Positions 22,121-33,054 are shown, numbered from the stretch's first letter. The stretch: 64,000 nt of DNA from Gammaproteobacteria bacterium (GCA_050485685.1 JBJHBW010000002.1:11959-75958), one strand, 5' to 3'. Made by a program: numbers and translations. Notes: a model not told the origin generated them from the letters alone.

Positions 22121-23062
22121 ATGGCCACATCGCATTCCCTGAATGCCGTGCTGCCGGATCGCGCCGGCATGCTGCACGCATTCGCCAGAGCCAGTCGCAC
22201 CTTCGACAAGGCCAGCGTGATTCATGACGAAGCCCGCGAGCGCCTGCTGGAACGACTGGACTTCATGCGTCTGTCCGCAGACCGGGTACTGGATCTGGGA
22301 TGCGGCACCGGGCGCGGCAGTGTCGCACTGCATGAACGCTATCCGCATGCCAGGGTGATCGCAGCGGACACGCATCCGTCGATGCTGGCGACAACAGCCC
22401 GGCTGACCGCCAACCTTGCGCAATGCGCTTCGCCGGGCCGTATCGAGGTCCTCGGCACCGACGCCGGCCGGCTGCCGCTGCCTGACGGCAGCGTGGATGT
22501 CATCTTCGCCAATCTGCTGCTGCCGTGGTGTGATCCCGCCAGTGTGTTCACCGAGGCGGCCCGCACCCTGCGCGAGGGCGGCGTATTCGCATTCTCAAGT
22601 TTCGGCCCCGATACGCTGGCGGAACTGCGCTCCGCATGGGCGCGGGTCGACGACCGCATTCACGTGCACGCCTTTGTGGACATGCACGATCTGGGGGATC
22701 TGGCTGTTCGGTCAGGGCTGGCCGAGCCGGTCATGAACGTGGAGCGACTGCAGGTGACCTACCGGGATGTGAAGTCGCTGGTGGAGGATCTGCGCGCCTG
22801 CGGGGCGGTCAATGTGGCCGGAGGACGGCGACGCACCCTGACCGGACGCGCCCGCTGGGCCGGCTTCGAGCAGCAGCTGCTGGCGCGGCGCAGCGATGAT
22901 CGCTTCGCGGTCACGGTGGAACTGATCTTCGGTCATGCCTGGTGCCGTCGCGCTGCCGGCACCGCTGGCGACGGGCCTGCTCGCAGCACAGGCAGCGAAG
23001 CAGTGATCGCGGCGGATCAGATTCCGGTACGCAGGCGGCGCGGCCCGCCAGATGGCAACTGA
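22121..23062 (+). CDS. bioC: Malonyl-ACP O-methyltransferase
   Basis: SAM motif 'VLDLGCGTGRGS', 'DVIFANLLLPW' and '...ELIFGHAW'. Directly follows bioB. Confidence 0.8.
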   Translation: MATSHSLNAVLPDRAGMLHAFARASRTFDKASVIHDEARERLLERLDFMRLSADRVLDLGCGTGRGSVALHERYPHARVIAADTHPSMLATTARLTANLAQCASPGRIEVLGTDAGRLPLPDGSVDVIFANLLLPWCDPASVFTEAARTLREGGVFAFSSFGPDTLAELRSAWARVDDRIHVHAFVDMHDLGDLAVRSGLAEPVMNVERLQVTYRDVKSLVEDLRACGAVNVAGGRRRTLTGRARWAGFEQQLLARRSDDRFAVTVELIFGHAWCRRAAGTAGDGPARSTGSEAVIAADQIPVRRRRGPPDGN

Positions 23063-23205
23063 CACGCTGACTGATCGCAGCGCCATGCCGGGCCAGGCAC
23101 AATTGCGGGATACCGTAGGCCCGATCCGGCCAAGCTCTGCTAGAATTGCGCACCTGCCTGCCTCCGCGCCGGCGGGTGCAAGAGGCTCACTACCCGGGAT
23201 TCCTG

Positions 23206-24027
23206 ATGAACAGACTTGCGAGCGGTTTGAAAGCCGCATTCACCTTGCTGGCCACTGTACTGATTGCGCCGGCCGCCCTGGCCAACAACTGGCAGCTGAA
23301 CATGCCGGTAGGCGTGACCACCAGCAGCGTGGAAATCTACGAGCTGCACATGCGCATCCTGTGGATCTGCGTCGTGATCGGCGTGGGTGTCTACGGCGCG
23401 ATGATCTACGCGATGGTCAAGTTCCGTAAGTCCAAGGGCGCGGTGGCTGCGAAGTTTTCGCATAACACCAAGGCCGAAGTGCTGTGGACCGTTATTCCGG
23501 CGGTGATTCTGATCGCCATGGCGATTCCGGCCACCGAGACCATGATCCGCCTCGAAGACACCCGCGACTCGGACGTCACGATCGTCGTAACCGGCTATCA
23601 GTGGCGCTGGCATTACGAGTACATGGATGAAAACGTTCAGTTTTTCAGCTCCCTGGACCGCGCCAGCAATGAAGCAAGACGCATTGGCTCCACGCTGAGT
23701 CCGCGTGAGGTTGAGAACTACCTGCTCGAGGTCGACGAACCCGTGGTCGTGCCGGTCAATGCCAAGGTGCGCCTGCTGATCACCGCCGCCGACGTGCTGC
23801 ACGCGTGGTGGGTGCCCGACTTCGGCGTGAAGCGCGACGCGATTCCCGGATTCATCAACGAAACCTGGTTCCGTGCCACCGAAGAAGGCATTTTCCGCGG
23901 CCAGTGTGCGGAACTGTGCGGCATGGATCACGGATTCATGCCCATTGTCGTCGAGGTCAGGAGCCAGGCCGAGTATGAGCGCTGGCTGACCGAGAGGGCG
24001 GCCGCGACCGTAACCCAGGCCAACTGA
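23206..24027 (+). CDS. coxB: Cytochrome c oxidase subunit II
   Basis: Signal/TM N-terminus and CuA site 'HAWWVPDFG...GQCAELCGMDHGFM'. Start at ATG 23206. Confidence 0.9.
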   Translation: MNRLASGLKAAFTLLATVLIAPAALANNWQLNMPVGVTTSSVEIYELHMRILWICVVIGVGVYGAMIYAMVKFRKSKGAVAAKFSHNTKAEVLWTVIPAVILIAMAIPATETMIRLEDTRDSDVTIVVTGYQWRWHYEYMDENVQFFSSLDRASNEARRIGSTLSPREVENYLLEVDEPVVVPVNAKVRLLITAADVLHAWWVPDFGVKRDAIPGFINETWFRATEEGIFRGQCAELCGMDHGFMPIVVEVRSQAEYERWLTERAAATVTQAN

Positions 24028-24116
24028 ACTTCGCACCGATCCCGAACGGCGCCAGACAGAACGCTGAACCCAGACAGCTGAGCCTAGATAGCTGAACAGA
24101 TAGCGAGCAACCGTAC

Positions 24117-25709
24117 ATGAGCACTGTAGTAGACACTCACGCCGACTCCCACGATCACCATCACGGTCCGGCGCGTACCGGCATCATGCGCTGGATCACG
24201 ACGACCAATCACAAGGACATCGGCACGCTGTACCTGATTTTTGGTCTGGCGATGTTCTTCATCGGCGGCGCGATGGCGCTCATCATCCGCCTGGAGCTGT
24301 TCCAGCCCGGCCTGCAGTTCGTCAATCCGCATTTCTTCAATCAGATGACGACCATGCATGCGCTGATCATGGTATTCGGCATGATCATGCCGGTGTTCGC
24401 CGGGTTCGCGAACTGGCTGATCCCGCTGCAGATCGGCGCGCCGGACATGGCGTTCCCGCGCATGAACAACTGGTCGTTCTGGATCCTGCCGTTCGCCGGC
24501 GGCATGCTGCTGCTGACGCTGTTCATGCCCGGCGGCGCGCCCGCTTCGGGCTGGACCATGTATCCGCCGCTGGTGCTGCAGACCGGCGATGCGTTGCCCT
24601 TCCTGATTTTCTCGGTCCACCTGCTCGGCATCTCGTCGATCCTGGCGTCCATCAACATCATCGTCACGATCCTGAACATGCGCGCACCCGGCATGACGCT
24701 GCTGAAGATGCCGATGTTCACGTGGAGCTGGCTGATCACCGCCTACCTGCTGCTGCTGGCCATGCCGGTGCTGGCCGGTGCCGTGACCATGCTGCTGACC
24801 GACCAGTTCTTCGGCACCAGCTTCTTCGATGCGGCCGGCGGCGGTGACCCGGTGCTGTTCCAGCACATCTTCTGGTTCTTCGGGCACCCTGAGGTCTACA
24901 TCATCATCCTGCCGGCTTTCGGCATCATTTCGCAGGTGATTCCGACGTTTTCGCGCAAGCCGCTGTTCGGCTACGCGGCCATGGTCTACGCCACGGCCAG
25001 CATCGCGTTCCTGTCGCTGATCGTCTGGGCCCACCACATGTTCACGGTCGGTATGCCGCTGGCCGGCCAGCTGTTCTTCATGCTGACGACGATGATCATC
25101 GCCGTGCCCACCGGCGTGAAGATCTTCAACTGGACGGCCACGATGTGGCGCGGCTCGCTGACGTTCGAGACGCCGATGCTGTTTGCGATCGCGTTCCTGT
25201 TCCTGTTCACGATGGGCGGCTTCTCCGGGCTGATGCTCGCGATCGCGCCGGCTGACATCCAGTATCACGACAGCTATTTCGTCGTCGCCCACTTCCATTA
25301 CGTGCTGGTGCCGGGCGCCGTGTTCGGCGCAATGGCCGGCGCCTACTACTGGCTGCCGAAGATGACCGGCGTCATGTACGACGAGAAGCTCGGCAAGCTG
25401 CACTTCTGGCTGACGACGATCTTCGTCAACGTCACGTTCTTCCCGCAGCACTTCCTGGGTCTGGCCGGCATGCCACGCCGTATCCCGGACTACGCGCTGC
25501 AGTTCACGAACTTCAACATGATCTCCAGCATAGGCGCATTCGGCTTCGGCATGGCCCAGCTGATCTTCCTGTGGGTGATCATCAAGGCCATTCGCGGCCA
25601 GGGTGTGAAAGCCACCGACAAGGTCTGGGATGAACCCGAGGGCCTCGAGTGGACGGTCGCATCGCCAGCGCCGCATCACACGTTCTCGACGCCACCGGTA
25701 GTCAAATGA
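24117..25709 (+). CDS. ctaD: Cytochrome c oxidase subunit I
   Basis: '[15 protein letters not shown]', '[10 protein letters not shown]' and 'HFHYVL'. 530 aa. Confidence 0.95.
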   Translation: MSTVVDTHADSHDHHHGPARTGIMRWITTTNHKDIGTLYLIFGLAMFFIGGAMALIIRLELFQPGLQFVNPHFFNQMTTMHALIMVFGMIMPVFAGFANWLIPLQIGAPDMAFPRMNNWSFWILPFAGGMLLLTLFMPGGAPASGWTMYPPLVLQTGDALPFLIFSVHLLGISSILASINIIVTILNMRAPGMTLLKMPMFTWSWLITAYLLLLAMPVLAGAVTMLLTDQFFGTSFFDAAGGGDPVLFQHIFWFFGHPEVYIIILPAFGIISQVIPTFSRKPLFGYAAMVYATASIAFLSLIVWAHHMFTVGMPLAGQLFFMLTTMIIAVPTGVKIFNWTATMWRGSLTFETPMLFAIAFLFLFTMGGFSGLMLAIAPADIQYHDSYFVVAHFHYVLVPGAVFGAMAGAYYWLPKMTGVMYDEKLGKLHFWLTTIFVNVTFFPQHFLGLAGMPRRIPDYALQFTNFNMISSIGAFGFGMAQLIFLWVIIKAIRGQGVKATDKVWDEPEGLEWTVASPAPHHTFSTPPVVK

Positions 25710-25840
25710 CAGCCATGTCAGACGACAAGCGATCCGAACGCCGGGCGCGGTCCATACGGATCGCGCTCGCGCACGTCGCTGTCATCCTGCTGATCTATTT
25801 CGGCTTCATTCTGAAGAACATCTTCTTCGGGGGTGATTGA
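25706..25840 (+). CDS. Small single-pass membrane protein (44 aa) coupled to ctaD
   Basis: ATG 25706 overlaps the ctaD TGA (ATGA). Basic N-terminus, then TM '[23 protein letters not shown]'. No family recognised. Confidence 0.4.
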   Translation: MTAMSDDKRSERRARSIRIALAHVAVILLIYFGFILKNIFFGGD

Positions 25841-25843
25841 CGG

Positions 25844-26353
25844 ATGGAACACCGTTCGCTGGCATTCAAACTTGCGATTGGCGCCGTGGCCATGTTCGGC
25901 TTCGGCTTCGCAATGGTGCCGCTGTATGACGTGTTCTGCGAGATTACGGGCCTTGGCGGGCGCACCGCGGATGGCCCCCAGGTCGTTGCCGAAGCCGTGG
26001 ATCCCGACCGCAAGGTGCGTGTCGAGTTCGTGGCCACCCGCGGCCGACTCGCCAACTGGGAGTTCGGGCCCGAGACCAGCCACATGTATGTGCACCCCGG
26101 GCAGCTCTACCAGACCAGCTACATCGCCCGTAATGCCACATCACTGGAGCGTTCGGCGCATGCGGTACCGAGCGTGACGCCGGGCAGTGCCGCACAGCAC
26201 ATGAAGAAGACGCAGTGTTTCTGCTTCGAGACGCAGCATTTCGAACCCAATGAGACGAAGGAAATGCCGGTGGTGTTCATGATTGCACCGGACCTGCCGG
26301 CGCATATCGAGACGCTGACGCTGGCATACTCGTTTTTCGACACCACCAACTAG
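25844..26353 (+). CDS. ctaG: Cytochrome c oxidase assembly protein CtaG/Cox11
   Basis: 'VPLYDVFCEITGLGG' and copper-binding 'CFCF' ('TQCFCFETQ'). Confidence 0.9.
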   Translation: MEHRSLAFKLAIGAVAMFGFGFAMVPLYDVFCEITGLGGRTADGPQVVAEAVDPDRKVRVEFVATRGRLANWEFGPETSHMYVHPGQLYQTSYIARNATSLERSAHAVPSVTPGSAAQHMKKTQCFCFETQHFEPNETKEMPVVFMIAPDLPAHIETLTLAYSFFDTTN

Positions 26354-26384
26354 AACACACACTCAGCCGAACGGATAACTGGCG

Positions 26385-27257
26385 ATGGATCACGCAAGTC
26401 AAGCAAGCCCCTTCCCTGAACTACCGCATTCCACGCACTGGCCCATCGTCGGGGCGATCGCGCTGTTTGCGATGACCTTCGGCTTCGCGCTGTGGCTGAA
26501 CGCGACCGCGGGCGGCGGACTGCTGATGCTGATCGGCTTTGCGGCGCTGATGGTGATGCTGTTCGGCTGGTTCGGTGAAGTGATCGTCGAAAACATGAAC
26601 CGCCCGTTCCACGGCACGATAGACCGTTCCTATCGGCAGGGCATGGCCTGGTTCATCTTCACCGAGGTGATGTTCTTTGCCGTGTTCTTCGGCGTGCTGC
26701 TGTATACGCGCACTCTGACCATTCCGTGGCTTTCCGGCGAGGGTAACAACGCCTACACCCACCTGCTGCTGTGGCCAGGCTTCGAGGCCACGTGGCCCAC
26801 TGCCGGCCCCGCCGCGACCCAGGCACTTGAAGTCATTGGCGCCTGGGGCATACCGGCGCTGAACACCGCGATCCTGCTGCTCAGCGGCGTGACACTGACG
26901 ATCGCCCATCATGCCCTGCTCTCCAATCACCGCCGTACGGTTGTGATCTGGCTGGGCATCACCATCGTGCTGGGCTTCATCTTCCTGGGCTTCCAGGCGT
27001 ATGAGTACGTGCATGCCTACCGGGATCTGGATCTGCGCTTCGACTCCGGCATCTACGGCAACATTTTCTTCATGCTGACCGGTTTCCACGGTCTGCATGT
27101 GACCCTGGGTGCGATCATGCTGCTGGTGATCTGGCTGCGGGTCGTGCGCGGGCATTTCAGTTCGGACCGCCACTTCGCGTTCGAGGCGGTCGCCTGGTAC
27201 TGGCACTTTGTCGACGTGGTGTGGCTGGGCCTGTTCATTTTCGTGTACTGGTTGTAA
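26385..27257 (+). CDS. coxC: Cytochrome c oxidase subunit III
   Basis: Seven-TM protein with 'FMLTGFHGLHVTLG' and 'WYWHFVDVVWL'. Confidence 0.9.
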   Translation: MDHASQASPFPELPHSTHWPIVGAIALFAMTFGFALWLNATAGGGLLMLIGFAALMVMLFGWFGEVIVENMNRPFHGTIDRSYRQGMAWFIFTEVMFFAVFFGVLLYTRTLTIPWLSGEGNNAYTHLLLWPGFEATWPTAGPAATQALEVIGAWGIPALNTAILLLSGVTLTIAHHALLSNHRRTVVIWLGITIVLGFIFLGFQAYEYVHAYRDLDLRFDSGIYGNIFFMLTGFHGLHVTLGAIMLLVIWLRVVRGHFSSDRHFAFEAVAWYWHFVDVVWLGLFIFVYWL

Positions 27258-27276
27258 AGGTCGGCAGCGATCTGAG

Positions 27277-27307
27277 CCGGGGAACGAGCCTTAACGGCGT
27301 TCCCCGG
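27277..27307. terminator. Bidirectional hairpin between convergent coxC and the small twin-TM gene
   Basis: 10-bp stem 'CCGGGGAACG'/'CGTTCCCCGG' with an 11-nt loop. No clear U-tract. Confidence 0.4.
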
Positions 27308-27328
27308 TAATTCGGACCTCGGGAACGC

Positions 27329-27532
27329 TCAGGGCAGGATTCCGTGAGGTTCCAGCAGGCCGGCGGCCCAGCCGGCCAGCAGCAGCACGAACAGCAGGAC
27401 GGACAGCGAAATCCGGACGGTGAGCGCGCGCGCCATGCGCTTCGGATCGCCATCGCGGCGCACCAGGGCAAGGGCTGCGGACACCATACTCGCGATGATG
27501 CCGATGAACAGCAGCAGGATGACAAGTCTCAA
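27329..27532 (-). CDS. Twin-transmembrane-helix small protein (DUF2909-like) of cox clusters
   Basis: Only the last 68 codons of the 304-aa track ORF look real: 'LRLVILLLFIGIIASMVSAALALV...RMARALTVRISLSVLLFVLLLAGW'. TTG start at 27532. This family typically sits beside SURF1. Confidence 0.55.
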   Translation of the reverse strand: MRLVILLLFIGIIASMVSAALALVRRDGDPKRMARALTVRISLSVLLFVLLLAGWAAGLLEPHGILP

Positions 27533-27571
27533 CTGGGGACTCCGGAAGGGGCGTTCGACCCCTATTGTAAC

Positions 27572-28321
27572 GTGGACCCGGTAACCCCCCGCACCCGTGG
27601 CATACCGCATGGGGATCAGATCGCGGCGGCGGGCCTGCTGATTCTCGCCGCGATATTCTTCGGATTGTCTTCCTGGCAGTGGCAGCGCGCCGGCGAGGCG
27701 CGTGCCGTGCATGAGCGATACGAAGGCGCGGGCGACATGCCCGTACTCACTGCCCTGCCGCGCGAATTCGACATCGAGCAGTTCCGCGACCAGACGCTGC
27801 AGCTGAGCGGGCGCTATCGGCCAGGGGTGCAGTTCCTGATCGACAACATGACCCGTCAGGGCGCCGTTGGCTACCATGTGCTGACACCCTTCGTGCCTGA
27901 CGGCGGCGTGGATACGGTCATCGTGAACCGGGGCTGGGTGGCCGGACATGTCGATCGCACGATACTGCCCGACGTGCAGATCGCGGATAATGCGCGCACC
28001 GTGCGGGGCCGGATCTCGACGCTGCCGCGACCCGGCCTGCGACTTACGGCACCGCCATCGGTAACCGACGGCACCGCGGTTCAGGTGGTGTCGTTTCCGA
28101 CCATGCCCGAACTCGAGGACCGGCTGGATACACCGCTGGCGTCGTTCCAGCTGCTGCTGGATCCGGACGACACGGACGGGTTCGTCCGCGACTGGCGGCC
28201 CGCCGCGCTGCCGCCGGAACGGCACATAGGCTACGCGGTGCAATGGTTCGGGCTGGCACTTCTGGTGGGCGGTGCGGGCACCGTAGTCGTGGTTCGCAAT
28301 TTCATGGAGCGAAAGAAATGA
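27572..28321 (+). CDS. SURF1-family cytochrome oxidase assembly protein
   Basis: 'LSSWQWQRAGE', 'GYHVLTPF', 'VNRGWV' and C-terminal 'HIGYAVQWFGLAL'. GTG 27572 chosen as start. Confidence 0.8.
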   Translation: MDPVTPRTRGIPHGDQIAAAGLLILAAIFFGLSSWQWQRAGEARAVHERYEGAGDMPVLTALPREFDIEQFRDQTLQLSGRYRPGVQFLIDNMTRQGAVGYHVLTPFVPDGGVDTVIVNRGWVAGHVDRTILPDVQIADNARTVRGRISTLPRPGLRLTAPPSVTDGTAVQVVSFPTMPELEDRLDTPLASFQLLLDPDDTDGFVRDWRPAALPPERHIGYAVQWFGLALLVGGAGTVVVVRNFMERKK

Positions 28322-28908
28322 GTCTGCTGCGAAAGCCCGAACCGTGGCTGATCACGCTGCTGTTTGCGGTGCCGTTCTCGCTCGCCATCCTGGCCTATTT
28401 CGGCGACTGGGCCCCATCCATGCTGGGCCAGACCGAAAACCCCGAACGCACCCTGGTCGATCCGGCCGTGCCGCTGAATCTCAACGCCCTGGGCGCGGAC
28501 GGCGAACGCCTGTACAACCGCTGGGCCCTCGTCTATGCGCGCACCGGCGCGTGCGATCAGGCCTGTGCCAGCCACCTGATCCGCCTGCTCGCCGTACACA
28601 TCTCGCTGGGGCGTCACGGTGAACGCGTGAAATGGGTTTACCTGAACGTACCGCCTGCCGGGGCTTCCGTCGCAGGCCCCGCGAACGTGCCTGAACTGCC
28701 CGATGACAGGGAACTCATCGTGCTGCCCGCCGGCGCCTCGCAACGCGATGTGCTGCACAATCTTGTCGAGCCCGAATCGCTGCGGGGAGGTCGCGTGCTG
28801 TTCATCGATCCGCGCGGCAATCTGGTCGCGATCTACCCGGCCGAACCCACGCAGCGCTCGCTGCTGCGCGACATGCGACGGCTGCTGGACACCTCCAGGA
28901 GCGGCTGA
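28318..28908 (+). CDS. Membrane-anchored Sco/SenC-like thioredoxin-fold protein (CxxxC present, His ligand not evident)
   Basis: ATGA overlap with the SURF1 stop. N-terminal TM, 'WALVYARTGACDQACASHL' (Sco-like CxxxC context) and C-terminal 'VLFIDPRGNLVAIYP...LLRDMRRLL' (Sco-like). Confidence 0.55.
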   Translation: MSLLRKPEPWLITLLFAVPFSLAILAYFGDWAPSMLGQTENPERTLVDPAVPLNLNALGADGERLYNRWALVYARTGACDQACASHLIRLLAVHISLGRHGERVKWVYLNVPPAGASVAGPANVPELPDDRELIVLPAGASQRDVLHNLVEPESLRGGRVLFIDPRGNLVAIYPAEPTQRSLLRDMRRLLDTSRSG

Positions 28909-28909
28909 C

Positions 28910-29872
28910 ATGCGCCGGACTTTCCTCAGACTGGCGCGACTCGCGACCATCCTGACCTTCATCGTCGTGGTGGCCGGCGCCTGGGTGCGTCTGACCGATG
29001 CGGGTCTTGGTTGCCCGGACTGGCCGGGCTGCTACGGACGTCTGATTCCGTCGGAAACCCGGATCGGTGAAGACGTCGCTGAAGCTTTCGGTCGCCCGCT
29101 GGACGTGGGCGCGGCCTGGCGGGAGATGATCCACCGCTACCTGGCCAGCACGCTGGGCCTGATCATCATCGCGATGGCGGTGCTGGGCTGGATGAACCGC
29201 CGCGATCCGGAGCAGCCCGTGATTCTGCCGTTCGTGCTGCTGGGTGTCGTGATTTTTCAGGGCATTCTCGGCATGTGGACGGTCACGCTGCTGCTCAAAC
29301 CGCTGGTCGTCGTTGCCCATCTGTTCGGCGGATTCACGACCCTGGCGCTGCTGTTCTGGCTGAGTCGCTGGCGCGTGAGTCCAGTGGCGGCCACCACGCG
29401 CCTGAAAGTGCTGGGTATCGCCGCAGCCTTCATGCTGATCGCGCAGATCGGCCTTGGCGGCTGGACCAGCGCGAACTATGCGGCGCTGGCCTGCCCGGAC
29501 TTTCCGACCTGTCAGACCCAGTGGTGGCCGGAGATCGCCGATTTCTCCGAAGGCTTCATCCTGTGGCGCGGGCTGGGCGTGGACTATGAATTCGGTGTGC
29601 TCGATCACCCGGCGCGCGTCGCGATTCACTTCGCGCACCGTCTGGGCGCGATATTCGCGTCGCTGCTGCTGATCGCGTTTGCGATCGCGCTGCTGCGCAC
29701 CCGGGGACTCACCGCCAACGGCACCGCCGTGCTCGCGGTGCTGGCAGCGCAAGTTGTCATTGGTATCAGTATCATACTGTTCGGCGTGCCGCTGTCGGTG
29801 GCCGTCGCCCACAACGGTTTTGCCGCCCTTCTGCTGCTAACGGTGCTGCATGCTCACCAAAGAATTTGGTAA
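28910..29872 (+). CDS. ctaA: Heme A synthase (COX15/CtaA)
   Basis: '[18 protein letters not shown]', and His-containing TM helices 'HRYLAS' and 'HFAHRLGA'. Start at ATG 28910. Confidence 0.85.
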   Translation: MRRTFLRLARLATILTFIVVVAGAWVRLTDAGLGCPDWPGCYGRLIPSETRIGEDVAEAFGRPLDVGAAWREMIHRYLASTLGLIIIAMAVLGWMNRRDPEQPVILPFVLLGVVIFQGILGMWTVTLLLKPLVVVAHLFGGFTTLALLFWLSRWRVSPVAATTRLKVLGIAAAFMLIAQIGLGGWTSANYAALACPDFPTCQTQWWPEIADFSEGFILWRGLGVDYEFGVLDHPARVAIHFAHRLGAIFASLLLIAFAIALLRTRGLTANGTAVLAVLAAQVVIGISIILFGVPLSVAVAHNGFAALLLLTVLHAHQRIW

Positions 29873-30761
29873 CGCCGCGGCACGCCAGCGTCCAGTCTGG
29901 CGTGACTACTACCAGCTCACCAAGCCGGGCGTGGTGCAGTTGCTGGTGTTCACGGCCATCGTCGGCATGTTCCTGTCCACGCCCGGCATGGTGCCGCTGG
30001 GTGCGCTGATTTTTGGCAGTCTGGGTATCGGCCTTGCTGCCGCGAGCGCCGCGGTCGTCAATCAGCTGCTGGATCAGCGCATAGACGCGCAGATGGCGCG
30101 CACCCGCCAGCGCCCGCTGCCCACCGGTCGCATCAGCGAACGCGATGCGCTGACGTTCGCGCTGGGGCTGGGGCTTGCGGGGCTGGGCATACTCGCGCTG
30201 CTGGTCAATCCGCTGACCGCCGTGCTCACCTTCTTCTCGCTGATCGGTTATGCGGTGATCTATACCGTGTACCTGAAGCGCGCGACCCCGCAGAACATCG
30301 TCATCGGCGGTGCCGCCGGCGCCGCTCCGCCGGTGCTGGGCTGGACCGCGGTCACCAATGAAGTCAGCGGCTATGCGCTGCTGCTGTTCCTGATCATCTT
30401 CACCTGGACGCCGCCGCACTTCTGGGCGCTGGCGATTGCACGTCGCGCCGACTACGAGCAGGCGAAGATCCCGATGCTGCCGGTCACGCATGGCGTGGAG
30501 TTCACGAAGAACTTCGTGCTCTACTACACGATCCTGCTGTTCATCATCACGCTGCTGCCCTACCTGACCGGCATGAGCGGCCCGCTGTACCTGATCAGCG
30601 CCGTGCTGCTGGGCGGCGGCTTTCTGTACTATGCGCTGCTGCTGAAGATCGATGGCGATCGCGACACGGCGATGAAGACATTCTCGTATTCGATCAGCTA
30701 CCTGGTCGCGTTGTTCAGTTTCCTGCTGGTCGACCACTACCTGCCGCTGTTCTGGCCCTGA
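29850..30761 (+). CDS. cyoE: Protoheme IX farnesyltransferase (heme O synthase)
   Basis: UbiA-superfamily motifs '[20 protein letters not shown]' and 'TPPHFWALA'. Last gene of the cox cluster. Confidence 0.9.
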   Translation: MLTKEFGNAAARQRPVWRDYYQLTKPGVVQLLVFTAIVGMFLSTPGMVPLGALIFGSLGIGLAAASAAVVNQLLDQRIDAQMARTRQRPLPTGRISERDALTFALGLGLAGLGILALLVNPLTAVLTFFSLIGYAVIYTVYLKRATPQNIVIGGAAGAAPPVLGWTAVTNEVSGYALLLFLIIFTWTPPHFWALAIARRADYEQAKIPMLPVTHGVEFTKNFVLYYTILLFIITLLPYLTGMSGPLYLISAVLLGGGFLYYALLLKIDGDRDTAMKTFSYSISYLVALFSFLLVDHYLPLFWP

Positions 30762-30852
30762 CAGCGCGCGGATTCAAGTCCCCAATCCGTGCGCATCCAT
30801 CCTGAATCGGCCTGATCGAACGTCAACCGAACTGCCAGACTGGAAGGCGCAA

Positions 30853-33054
30853 GTGGACGTTACCGACATCATCAACCCGCTCAACGACGCACAGCGCGAG
30901 GCGGTCACCGCCGAGGACCACCCGATGCTGGTGCTGGCCGGCGCCGGCAGCGGCAAGACGCGCGTGCTGGTGCACCGTATCGCCTGGCTGATTCGTGTCG
31001 GGGGACTGGCGCCACAACAGATACTTGCGGTCACGTTCACGAACAAGGCGGCCGCGGAGATGCGCCACCGCATCGAAGCGCTGCTCGGCCTGCCCACCCG
31101 CCATCTGTGGATAGGCACCTTCCACGGCCTCGCGCACCGGCTGCTGCGCGTGCACGCGCGCGAGGCGGGACTGAGCGAAACCTTCCAGATCATGGACTCG
31201 GAGGATCAGCTGCGCAGCATACGCCGGCTGCTGAAATCCATGGAACTGGATGAGAACGAATGGGTGCCGCGCGAGGTGCAGTGGTTCATCAACGCGCAGA
31301 AGGACGAAGGCCTGCGGCCGGCGCATCTGAAGGATGAAGGCAATGCCGGCCGGCGCATGATGATAGAGCTTTACGCACGCTATCAGCGTGCCTGCGATGA
31401 GGCCTCGGTCGTCGACTTCGGCGAACTGCTGCTGCGTGTGCTGGAGCTGTTCCGCGACATCCCGGCGATCGTGTCGCAGTACCGCGAGCGCTTCCGCCAT
31501 CTGCTCGTGGACGAATTTCAGGACACCAACGCGATCCAGTACCGCTGGCTGACCATGCTGGGCAGCGGCGGTGGCACACCGTTCGTGGTCGGCGATGACG
31601 ATCAGTCCATCTATCGCTGGCGCGGTGCGCGGGTGGAGAACCTGCAACGCTTCCAGCGCGATTTCCCCGGCACACGCATCGTGCGGCTGGAACAGAATTA
31701 TCGATCCACCGAAACCATTCTGAACGCCGCCAACGCCATCATTGCGAACAACAGCGGGCGGCTGGGCAAGAACCTGTGGACCGAAGGCGGGCGCGGCGAA
31801 CTGCTGCGGCTTTATGGCGCCTTCAACGAGCGCGACGAAGCCGATTTCGTCGTGGCCAGGATAGAGGACTACATCGCGCGCGGACACCAGCGCTCCGAGG
31901 TTGCGGTGCTGTACCGTTCCAACGCGCAGTCGCGCGTGTTTGAAGAAGCGCTGCTGGCCGCCGGCGTTCCGTACCGTGTCTATGGCGGCCTGCGCTTTTT
32001 CGAGCGCGCTGAAATCAAGGATGCGCTCGCCTACCTGCGCCTGATCGCCAACCGTGACGACGACCCCTCCTTCGAACGTGTCGTGAACACGCCCACACGC
32101 GGCATCGGTGCACGCACCATGGACGTGGTGCGCGCACGTGCGCGCGACGCCGGCACCAGCCTGTGGCGCGCCGCCGCCGCCGTGATCGCCGAGGAGGCGC
32201 TGGCGGCCAGGGCAGCGAAAGCGCTGTGGGCCTTCCTGCAGCTGATCGAGACACTGGACCGTGAAACCGCAGGTCTCGCGCTGCACGAGCAGGTGGATCG
32301 CGTCATCAAGGCCAGCGGTCTGATCGCGCACTACAGCAAGGACACGGGCATCGGACCCGACGCCGAGAACCCGCGCGTGGAAAACCTCGAGGAACTGGTC
32401 AACGCGGCGCGCGACGTGTTCAGCAGGGACATGATCGGCGGCAGCGAGGAAGAGGAACTGCCACCGCTGGCCGAGTTCCTGTCCTATGCGGTGCTGGAGT
32501 CCGGCGACGCCCAGGCGGATGAATACCAGGACAGCGTGCAGCTGATGACGCTGCACTCGGCCAAGGGACTGGAGTTCCCGGTCGTGTTTCTTTGCGGTCT
32601 GGAGGACGGGCTGTTTCCGCATCAGCGCTCGCTGCGCGACCCGGATGGCCTGGAAGAGGAACGACGGCTCTGCTACGTGGGTCTGACGCGGGCGATGAAG
32701 GATCTGTACCTGACCTATGCCGAGCAGCGCCGCCTGCACGGTCAGGACAATTACGGCACGCCATCGCGATTCCTGCGCGAGATTCCGCCGGAACTGATCG
32801 AGGAGGTGCGTCCGGCGCTGTCGGTATCGCGCCCCGTGTACCGCCCTTCCACGCCATCCCCGGCGAGTCGCGCGACGGGCATGGGGATGCCGGCCGGAAT
32901 ACGTCTGGGACAGCGCGTGCGGCACGGCAAGTTCGGCGAAGGCGTGGTCCTGAACTGCGAGGGCAGCGGCGCCCACGCCCGCGTGCAGGTGAATTTCGAG
33001 AACGCCGGCCCCAAATGGCTGGTGCTGGCCTATGCCAGACTCGAACTCATGTAA
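30853..33054 (+). CDS. uvrD: DNA helicase II
   Basis: 'LNDAQREAV...VLAGAGSGKTRVL', 'VDEFQDTN', 'QNYRST' and 'MTLHSAKGLEFPVVFL'. GTG start. Confidence 0.9.
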   Translation: MDVTDIINPLNDAQREAVTAEDHPMLVLAGAGSGKTRVLVHRIAWLIRVGGLAPQQILAVTFTNKAAAEMRHRIEALLGLPTRHLWIGTFHGLAHRLLRVHAREAGLSETFQIMDSEDQLRSIRRLLKSMELDENEWVPREVQWFINAQKDEGLRPAHLKDEGNAGRRMMIELYARYQRACDEASVVDFGELLLRVLELFRDIPAIVSQYRERFRHLLVDEFQDTNAIQYRWLTMLGSGGGTPFVVGDDDQSIYRWRGARVENLQRFQRDFPGTRIVRLEQNYRSTETILNAANAIIANNSGRLGKNLWTEGGRGELLRLYGAFNERDEADFVVARIEDYIARGHQRSEVAVLYRSNAQSRVFEEALLAAGVPYRVYGGLRFFERAEIKDALAYLRLIANRDDDPSFERVVNTPTRGIGARTMDVVRARARDAGTSLWRAAAAVIAEEALAARAAKALWAFLQLIETLDRETAGLALHEQVDRVIKASGLIAHYSKDTGIGPDAENPRVENLEELVNAARDVFSRDMIGGSEEEELPPLAEFLSYAVLESGDAQADEYQDSVQLMTLHSAKGLEFPVVFLCGLEDGLFPHQRSLRDPDGLEEERRLCYVGLTRAMKDLYLTYAEQRRLHGQDNYGTPSRFLREIPPELIEEVRPALSVSRPVYRPSTPSPASRATGMGMPAGIRLGQRVRHGKFGEGVVLNCEGSGAHARVQVNFENAGPKWLVLAYARLELM

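Noticed and set aside
21094-23062. bioB-bioC without bioF, bioH or bioD, as a possible sign of an unusual biotin pathway.
   Set aside because: Split bio loci are common, and the missing genes are most likely elsewhere in the genome. Nothing in the sequence itself is unusual.
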